A stretch of DNA of 64,000 nt from Planctomycetota bacterium (GTDB taxonomy: Bacteria; Planctomycetota; SZUA-567; H5-PLA8): positions 64,001 through 128,000 of the forward strand of contig JBBRPR010000006.1 of assembly GCA_038227875.1 (NCBI GenBank). Direction: 5' to 3'. Positions 57,549 through 64,000 of this stretch are shown piece by piece. The translations under genes and the position numbers were made by a program. The notes under the pieces were generated by a model, which had not been told where the DNA came from, searched no databases, and was given only the letters and a program-made list of their open reading frames with translations. Position 1 is the stretch's first letter, and every line of letters begins with the position of its first letter.

Positions 57549-57657
57549 ACGCGAAGCTTAGTAGAATCCCAAACCTCGATCAAAGCAGCTTCTACATTCG
57601 CAGTTCGCAGTTCGCAGTTTCGCTTTTCGACATCGACATTCGACATTCGACACTCCG

Positions 57658-58134
57658 TCACTTCGCAGGCGGTCGAATCGTCAACACCGCACACGGGCTG
57701 GTCCGCACGATCCGTTCGGCCGTCGAGCCCATCATCGCGTGTGTGAAGCCGGTGTAGCCGTGTGTCGAAATCACGATCATCGGATTCTTCTGATCTCCGG
57801 CGTAATGAGTGAGTTCCTTGACCGGATTTCCCTTCAGCATTTTCGTCGTCACTTCGATGCCCGGATATTCCTGCGCCAACTTCTGTCCGGCATTGATCAG
57901 CAGTTGATCGTTCTCGATGACTTTCGTATCGAGCCACCCCGCCGGCGACGCCGAGAGCACCGCGAACGCATCCACCGCTGTCGCTGAAAAATAAAGCGAT
58001 GCTTCAAACACATGCACCAGATGAATCTTCGCGCCAAACACCCGCGCCATATCCGTCGCGTACGGATAAACCGCCCGCGAGTTCTCTGAAAAATCCGTCG
58101 GCACAATCACCGTTTCAATCGTCAGCGTGCTCAT
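57658..58134 (-). CDS. Universal stress protein
   Basis: VPTDFSENS, HLVHV, IVISTHGYTG...GSTAERIVRTSPCAVLTI. Confidence 0.95.
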   Translation of the reverse strand: MSTLTIETVIVPTDFSENSRAVYPYATDMARVFGAKIHLVHVFEASLYFSATAVDAFAVLSASPAGWLDTKVIENDQLLINAGQKLAQEYPGIEVTTKMLKGNPVKELTHYAGDQKNPMIVISTHGYTGFTHAMMGSTAERIVRTSPCAVLTIRPPAK

Positions 58135-58183
58135 ATATGTGTCCTCGAAAATGGCCTTACCCAGAATCTCTCAAAATGCCTAG

Positions 58184-58199
58184 TGCACATCACGTGCCA
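58184..58199 (-). promoter_or_regulatory. Putative sigma54 -24/-12 promoter of the USP gene
   Basis: Minus strand reads TGGCACGTGATGTGCA against consensus TGGCACG-N4-TTGCW (one mismatch, correct GG-GC spacing), about 50 nt upstream of the ATG. Confidence 0.7.
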
Positions 58200-58347
58200 C
58201 ACGCGCACCCAAGGCACAGATCCCCTGCCCAACCCAGAACTGCAAACACCCACCCCAGTTTTGGGAATCCGCAGACTCAAGCCGTTCATTGGAAAATCGA
58301 AAAGGACCGGTGGAACATGAAAAATATCCGTTCAACGCACTCCCGCC

Positions 58348-59889
58348 TCACGGCGGTCCATCCGGCCCCGTCAGCGCATACACCGCCGCGTTTTCATCCG
58401 CATAGACCGGCACCCACGTCCGTTTTCCGGGCGGCTGAGTCGTGTGGGCTTTGCTCCAGTTCTGCATCACCATGAACCGCGCGTTGAACGCCTTCGCCAG
58501 CGTCTCGCCGTGCACCGCCATCTCGCCGGTCTTCATCTTCTCCAGCGCCAGCGCCAGTTGCGGGCTGAAGCGATAGGTGTACGTCGGATCCAAACCCCAG
58601 ACGTAATGTTCGCGGTAGCCAAAATAATACAGCTCCGGAAAGTCCGTCCACCACAGGTCCACCACCGTCTCGCCGGGTTCGGTGTGTTCGGAAAGCCACT
58701 TGCACGCCTCGCGAAAGCGCGGCGGCGTCGCCAGTTTCTCGTTGAGGATCCACTCGTACATGGACTGTATGTGCGCCGCCGCCAGCACCAGCGCCAGCGC
58801 CGTCACGATCCCCGCAAATTTCAGCCGCTGCTCGCTGATGAACTTCGCCACGTCGACGCCCGCCAGCAGATCGCGCACCGCCAGCCCCGCCGCCAGAGCC
58901 AACAGCGGCACGGAGTACTCGAAAAATCGCGCGAACATCATCGCCGCCGCGTGCCAGATCAGCGCCGCCAACAGCGTGCCCAGCAGTTCCGGCGACGCCT
59001 TCCTGGCGAAACGCCAGCCGCTCACGAGCAGCCCCGCGAGCACTAAATGGTAGAGCGGAAAGCGCTGCATGATTTCACGGCCGTTGAGCGGATACATCTC
59101 GTCGCCCTGGCGCAGCCCGCTGGCGTTGTCGGTGGCGAAGAGCACATCGCGGAGGACCACCCAGAGATTCAAAATCGTGTTGGGAAAATACGGATGCGCA
59201 ATCAACCCCAACACCACGCCCGCCAGCGCCGCGCAGGGCAGCCGCCAGTCCAATTTCTCTCCCGCCAGCCACTTCCCCGCCGCCAGCGCCACCGCCAGGA
59301 TCACCAGCACAAACGGAAACGCATACGCCCACGCGTAAACAAACCCGAGGATCGCGACCGCCTTCCAGCGCCCGCGGTAGAGCAGATGCATGCCGATCAG
59401 CGCGAGAATGATGCTCAACACATGCGAACGGATCATCCCCAGCCGGAACGGCAACTCCCCGCCCAGGCACAGCAGCAGCATCGCAAACAACTCCGGCGCC
59501 GGCACGCTTTGCCCACGCAGCACCAGGTAAAGCGCAATGAACACCGCCGCCGCGATCAGCACCGAAAAAAAGCGCACGCCCTTCAGCGGATCGTCGACGT
59601 TGATCGCAAACGGCACCATGATGACATGGAACAGAAATTCCTTATCGCAGAACTGCTCTTTCCACGTGCTCGCCTGAGTCCACGGAAACTGCCGCGAAAG
59701 CCCCCGCGCGGGCAGCATCTGCGCATACCGCGTATGAAAATACCCATCGTGTTCCGCCAGCCCTTCCGTCCCAAACCGGAACGAAGCGAACAGGTACACG
59801 ACATAAACCAAACAAAGAAAAGGCGAAGCACGACGAAGAACAGGCAGCCAGCTAGGCGCGGCAGGCGCGGCAGGTGAGTGATCCATCAA
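58348..59889 (-). CDS. Polytopic membrane protein, GT-C/ArnT-like
   Basis: EHDGYFH after TM1, FLFH, IRSH, HPYFP, RFFEY; soluble C-terminal domain (GLDPTY). Confidence 0.6.
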   Translation of the reverse strand: MMDHSPAAPAAPSWLPVLRRASPFLCLVYVVYLFASFRFGTEGLAEHDGYFHTRYAQMLPARGLSRQFPWTQASTWKEQFCDKEFLFHVIMVPFAINVDDPLKGVRFFSVLIAAAVFIALYLVLRGQSVPAPELFAMLLLCLGGELPFRLGMIRSHVLSIILALIGMHLLYRGRWKAVAILGFVYAWAYAFPFVLVILAVALAAGKWLAGEKLDWRLPCAALAGVVLGLIAHPYFPNTILNLWVVLRDVLFATDNASGLRQGDEMYPLNGREIMQRFPLYHLVLAGLLVSGWRFARKASPELLGTLLAALIWHAAAMMFARFFEYSVPLLALAAGLAVRDLLAGVDVAKFISEQRLKFAGIVTALALVLAAAHIQSMYEWILNEKLATPPRFREACKWLSEHTEPGETVVDLWWTDFPELYYFGYREHYVWGLDPTYTYRFSPQLALALEKMKTGEMAVHGETLAKAFNARFMVMQNWSKAHTTQPPGKRTWVPVYADENAAVYALTGPDGPP

Positions 59890-60141
59890 TCCGTAAAACC
59901 CACAAGTTTCCCGTTTCTAGAAGCGTGGAGGTATGATATGCAAACGACGTCCGCTGAACAGGAGGTATTCGTTGGCGGCGCGATTTCAACGCATAGTGCT
60001 GTTCCGGCCATAGACGGCGTTCGGCAAACGGGCGGGGCCTTCGAGACGAGAAATGCGAATAAGCCGCCTGCATAGATTTGGCGCAGCCCAGCCTGGAGTT
60101 CGACACTGGGCAATTTGAAGCCCGAGCCATGGGGATATTCC

Positions 60142-60717
60142 GTGGATAGCATCGCACAATTCGATCGACTCGGTGGAATTCGCGGCATCGGGGGTGGCAA
60201 TATCCATCCGATGACAGAGGCCGAAATCTCCTCCATTGAGGCAGAATTAGCCTGTCGGTTCCCTGAGGATTATCGCATCTTTCTAATATATGGAGCGGTC
60301 GCATTTAATGGCACTTCCCCTGAAAACCCATTTATCGTGGTTCGCTCTTTGGAGCGACTGCCACCACATATATCTTCCGATGGTCAACATGCTCTATTTG
60401 ACGCTTTCTATGGTGGGGGAAAGGACTCGCATGATCCGTACAGTCTGAGCGTTCGGATTCGATTTTTCAAAGGACGGATGCCGACTACCCTGATCCCAAT
60501 TGGTGATGACAGCGGAGCTGGGCAATTCTGTATCGGTGTTTCAGGAGCCGAGTTTGGAAAGGTGTATTATTGGGACCAGCGGAATGAGCCGCAAGACGAA
60601 GAGGACTATTTCAACGACTACGGTAAGCCCAGGCCTCCGGCGGAAATGTATCAAAACGTCTATAAGGTAGCTGATTCTTTCCAAGGTTTCTTAGAGCAGC
60701 TAAACAAGCGTAAATAG
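60142..60717 (+). CDS. SMI1/KNR4 (SUKH) family immunity protein
   Basis: TEAEISSIEAELACRFPEDYRIFL, LIPIGDDSGAGQFCI, GKVYYWD, VADSFQGFL. Lower GC. Start uncertain. Confidence 0.88.
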   Translation: MDSIAQFDRLGGIRGIGGGNIHPMTEAEISSIEAELACRFPEDYRIFLIYGAVAFNGTSPENPFIVVRSLERLPPHISSDGQHALFDAFYGGGKDSHDPYSLSVRIRFFKGRMPTTLIPIGDDSGAGQFCIGVSGAEFGKVYYWDQRNEPQDEEDYFNDYGKPRPPAEMYQNVYKVADSFQGFLEQLNKRK

Positions 60718-60900
60718 GTACACTGACAACCTGACGTGTCACTCGGATCAGGCGAGTGGCATCGGTCCAACACCTCCGCTCTCGTCTTGCTCCGTGGAGT
60801 TGAGTGCCATGCGTCTGAGGCCCTTTTCAGACGCGTGCGTTGCCCGTCGCCTTTCAAGCCACCACGAATTACGCCGTACCGCGCATCTCCAGCTCTTCAT

Positions 60901-60982
60901 CACACCAAAGGTGTGAAATGTGAAAGCCCGGGGCAACGCCCCAGGAACAGAACGCCCATTACCGTACAAGGGCTGAAAGCCC
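60901..60982. repeat. Three-hairpin REP-like unit
   Basis: cacacc-aaa-ggtgtg, ggggc-aac-gcccc and gggct-gaa-agccc, between convergent genes. Confidence 0.55.
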
Positions 60983-61000
60983 GAACTATCAAACGGACCT

Positions 61001-61693
61001 TCATCGCACAGGTCGGGTGTGATCACGCGCGCATCCCGCCTCATCCAAGCTCTGCGTAAGACTCAAGAAAATAGAGCGCATCGTTTTTGCGACTATTGCG
61101 CAATCAGGCTTTTGATCTGCAATTGGATAGCAAAAAAATACGTTATTACGAATAAATGAGGTGCGCGAAGGACCTTGTGAGGTGTGCAGCCTGGTACAGA
61201 ACGACTCACCGTTTGCTCCCTCTATAAAATGAATCAAAAAAGTGATATACGTGTGGACTCTAGTCTCCATGTCCTCCGGCCACATCGCACTCTCTGCCTC
61301 GCAGGATTGCAATTTTTCGAAAATACCGAGAAGATATTTTTTATTACGAATTTTGGCGTCCGCAGTAAATTTGCGCAGCAGAACTTTCCAACATTTTCTT
61401 GAACCGCGAATCACTGCTTTTCGCGCCTTGTCCACAAAAACAATTGGAACTTCTTTCCACATTGGCAGGATCTTATTCGGATACGTTCCGCAAACGGTAA
61501 AGGGTTGAATGTCGGGTATACACTTACTTCGCCAAACCCTTTCCAAGCAATTGGGAGCCGGGTTGAATGTAGATTCCCACATGCCCATCATGGTATATAG
61601 ATATAACTCTAGGTGACGCGGATCGCCGTATAAGTGAGATTTTTCAAATGCGTATCCAATCCTGTATTCAAGCCATTTGCGAATTCTACTCAT
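61001..61693 (-). CDS. Hypothetical protein (low GC)
   Basis: Long AT-rich ORF with GGGGAG RBS before MSRIRK. Confidence 0.6.
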   Translation of the reverse strand: MSRIRKWLEYRIGYAFEKSHLYGDPRHLELYLYTMMGMWESTFNPAPNCLERVWRSKCIPDIQPFTVCGTYPNKILPMWKEVPIVFVDKARKAVIRGSRKCWKVLLRKFTADAKIRNKKYLLGIFEKLQSCEAESAMWPEDMETRVHTYITFLIHFIEGANGESFCTRLHTSQGPSRTSFIRNNVFFCYPIADQKPDCAIVAKTMRSIFLSLTQSLDEAGCARDHTRPVR

Positions 61694-61787
61694 TTCGCTC
61701 CCCCCAATCAATTGCTACGGGATCTGCTCAGAAAGCATTGACCATGGCGGCAACGGTTCCTTTCGGCATTCCATGACCGTCTTCCAT

Positions 61788-62414
61788 TCAACCAAATGGG
61801 CAATCGTCCCAGCTATGAACAATGGTTTTGTCCCTGCGCAAGAACGATGACCGTAGTAGCCCTTTGCTTTTCAACTCCTCGAATACTTCATGATACCGTT
61901 TCTCGAACGCGTTCCATTCTGAAAACTCTTCTTGATTCCAGTTCCATGGATAGTTGTTCTGCCATGAAAGTTTCCCTGCGCCTCCAAACCAATTAGCAAT
62001 CAGCGGCCTCTTCCATTTTTCCTTATGAACGGAGTTCAGAACCTGTTTTATTTCATCAGACGCGGGAGTTTCATCAGGGACAAACGATATCAAGTGTTGG
62101 CTGTCAATGGGCGAGTCGAGATGGATTCGTCCGCATTCAGAACATTGATACATGCTTCTTTGGGCTTTCCCAATTACGAAAGAGATCATGTCTCTTGGGA
62201 GTAGCGGTCGGATTTCTCCGAAATGCAATTTGATCCATTCCGAAACGACGATACGGAATTCCTCACCCTCTTTAGCTGCGATCAGGCGATCTACATAATG
62301 TTGAATTTCATTAACAACATCGTAGTAATCCATATCGGGTATAAAGTGGGCCTTGCCCGGAATAAAATCCGTAGTGTCCGAGATGGAATTTTCGCATTTG
62401 CATCCGAAATGCAT
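61788..62414 (-). CDS. Hypothetical protein with CxC and CxxC..H motifs (low GC)
   Basis: MHFGCKC...ISDTTD...YQCSECGRIH. AAAGGA RBS. Confidence 0.75.
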   Translation of the reverse strand: MHFGCKCENSISDTTDFIPGKAHFIPDMDYYDVVNEIQHYVDRLIAAKEGEEFRIVVSEWIKLHFGEIRPLLPRDMISFVIGKAQRSMYQCSECGRIHLDSPIDSQHLISFVPDETPASDEIKQVLNSVHKEKWKRPLIANWFGGAGKLSWQNNYPWNWNQEEFSEWNAFEKRYHEVFEELKSKGLLRSSFLRRDKTIVHSWDDCPFG

Positions 62415-62549
62415 CAGTTCAATCCTTTCAATTCGTCAGTTTGGTTGGAAGTGAAGCTCTTGAGCTTCCCATAAAATAGACGGGTAAAACCCGCCGTATT
62501 CGCAATGGCAATGGGATGACCAGCGCGAGATCCCGATTGACTTCAACCA

Positions 62550-63401
62550 TCAAGAGGAATCAATCGGAGACTTTTTGGCGAGGAAGTGCTTGAATCGTTC
62601 TGCGATCTCCTCGGCAAGATACCACGCCATCCAGTGCTCTCCGCCAGGTACGATCTGCAGACTTGAGCCCGGAACGAGACGATGCAACTTCTCTGCGTGC
62701 GACACAGGGAAGTGCTTGTCGTTCGCGCCCCACAAGACCAGAAGCGGAGTGGTAATTTCCGCATACATCTCCGGCAGTTTGGGCAGCGTGCCCTGGTATC
62801 CGGCGCACATGCGAATGATGAATTTCCGGACGGGCGCGGCGTTGAAGCTTGCCCACATATCCGCGCGAAGGTCGGCGGGCAGCTGTATCCCGACGGGGAC
62901 AAACGTTCGCTCCGCACGCCGAAAGATGGTGCCAGGAAAATGCCGCAAGGCGAAACGATTGAACCCGAACTTTCGCAGCAGCGCAATTTCCCAGGACGTC
63001 TGTTCGTTCCACATCACCAGTGAATTCATCACTACCGTTCGCAACACACGCGCGGGATTCCGCGCCGCAAAGGCCAGAGCGGGCTGGCCGCCCATGTCCA
63101 TTCCCGCAATATGAGCGCGTTCAAGTTTCCAGGCATCCATAAGCGCAAGCAATCTGTCAGCCATGTGCATGGGTGTCGTACCTCCGGGCCATTCGTCGCT
63201 GTAGCCCATTCCCGGCCAGTCGAAGGCGATGACGCGAAAGTTCTTCGCCAGCCGCATGGCCAGTTCGCACCAGATCTGCAGGTTGTCCGGATAGCCGTGC
63301 AGTAAAATCAGCGGCTCGCCAGCACCAAGCCTGGCCACCCGCACGCGTCGTCCGCCGCCTAATTCTTCCAGGGACGTCTCAAGCACGCGCGAAATCCTCA
63401 T
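62550..63401 (-). CDS. Alpha/beta hydrolase, epoxide-hydrolase/dehalogenase type
   Basis: LLHGYP, DWPGMGYS, GMDMGG (Asp nucleophile), WGAND, GGEHW. Confidence 0.9.
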   Translation of the reverse strand: MRISRVLETSLEELGGGRRVRVARLGAGEPLILLHGYPDNLQIWCELAMRLAKNFRVIAFDWPGMGYSDEWPGGTTPMHMADRLLALMDAWKLERAHIAGMDMGGQPALAFAARNPARVLRTVVMNSLVMWNEQTSWEIALLRKFGFNRFALRHFPGTIFRRAERTFVPVGIQLPADLRADMWASFNAAPVRKFIIRMCAGYQGTLPKLPEMYAEITTPLLVLWGANDKHFPVSHAEKLHRLVPGSSLQIVPGGEHWMAWYLAEEIAERFKHFLAKKSPIDSS

Positions 63402-64000
63402 GAACCTGCGCCGCACAGAGCGCGCCCGACATCGCGCAGAAGCTCACCCATTGACCGGGGTGAGTCGAACTGCCGGCCAGATACAAACCCCGAAGGTGCG
63501 GACTGCGATGCGCGAACCTGCCCGCGCGCATGAAACTTGCAGTCATCACGGGATTCATGCTGTTGCGATACAGGTTGAACTCCGCGCCCCACTGCGCGGG
63601 AATGCGCGAGCCCAGCAGACGGTACTCAAGCCCATCATTGCGCCACCACTCTTCAGCGACGATACGCGCCAGAAATTCGCGCTGCCCATTTTCCCCGAGT
63701 GCTTCGGCTTCCGCGTGGCGCATGGGCGCCAACAATCGCGCCGGATGCCAGCCGTCTTGTTCCAGCTCCGGTGCCATTACAGATGGTAGAATCAGCAGGC
63801 GGCAGAGCTCCCCGTCGCCGGGAAGAGTAAAGCGCAAATACGGTTTCTGAATTGTTCCGCGTATCGCCAGATACGCGCACACGCCGGGCGACTGAAGGGG
63901 TAGTGCTTTGAGCCTTTCGAGACTTCTCGGCGGCAGATCCTTGACCAGGTCGAGGTAGGTTCCAATTCCGCTGTGATTGGAGATGATGGCGTCGGCTGTC
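63379..64000 (-). CDS. Phytoene-desaturase (CrtI)-like FAD oxidoreductase, C-terminal part (runs off the window end)
   Basis: ADAIISN near the window end and C-terminal GLYLAGSSTHPG...SG. Confidence 0.8.
   Translation of the reverse strand, partial: TADAIISNHSGIGTYLDLVKDLPPRSLERLKALPLQSPGVCAYLAIRGTIQKPYLRFTLPGDGELCRLLILPSVMAPELEQDGWHPARLLAPMRHAEAEALGENGQREFLARIVAEEWWRNDGLEYRLLGSRIPAQWGAEFNLYRNSMNPVMTASFMRAGRFAHRSPHLRGLYLAGSSTHPGQWVSFCAMSGALCAAQVHEDFARA

Noticed and set aside
59890..62540. Prophage or IS element in the low-GC tract
   Set aside because: No integrase, transposase, phage gene or flanking direct repeat was found.

Overview
High-GC bacterial chromosome segment, most likely from a PVC-superphylum organism and probably a planctomycete: it carries the PVC 'small basic protein' signature gene, a prenyltransferase-repeat protein, an FHA-GAF sigma54 activator and a Hanks Ser/Thr kinase. 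About 45 CDSs can be supported. They include housekeeping genes (uvrB, scpA, hutH), signalling proteins, secreted carbohydrate-active enzymes, three divergent AraC/enzyme modules and a lower-GC tract with a SUKH immunity gene. I found no rRNA, tRNA, CRISPR array or transposase. The best candidate for an undescribed system is a tightly packed 8-gene, ~14.3-kb operon (35384-49695, minus strand). It encodes two OPT-like polytopic membrane proteins, a PqqD/RRE-like protein, an unknown soluble protein, an FtsX-type permease with a novel triple repeat, a 1649-aa degenerate M28-peptidase/FtsX fusion and two LolD/MacB-type ATPases. The second highlight is a 49-aa DltX-like membrane peptide ending in FIYQNF (11665-11814), missed by the ORF track. 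It lies in frame directly after an MBOAT acyltransferase that lacks that motif. All family assignments come from reading motifs by eye, not from database searches.
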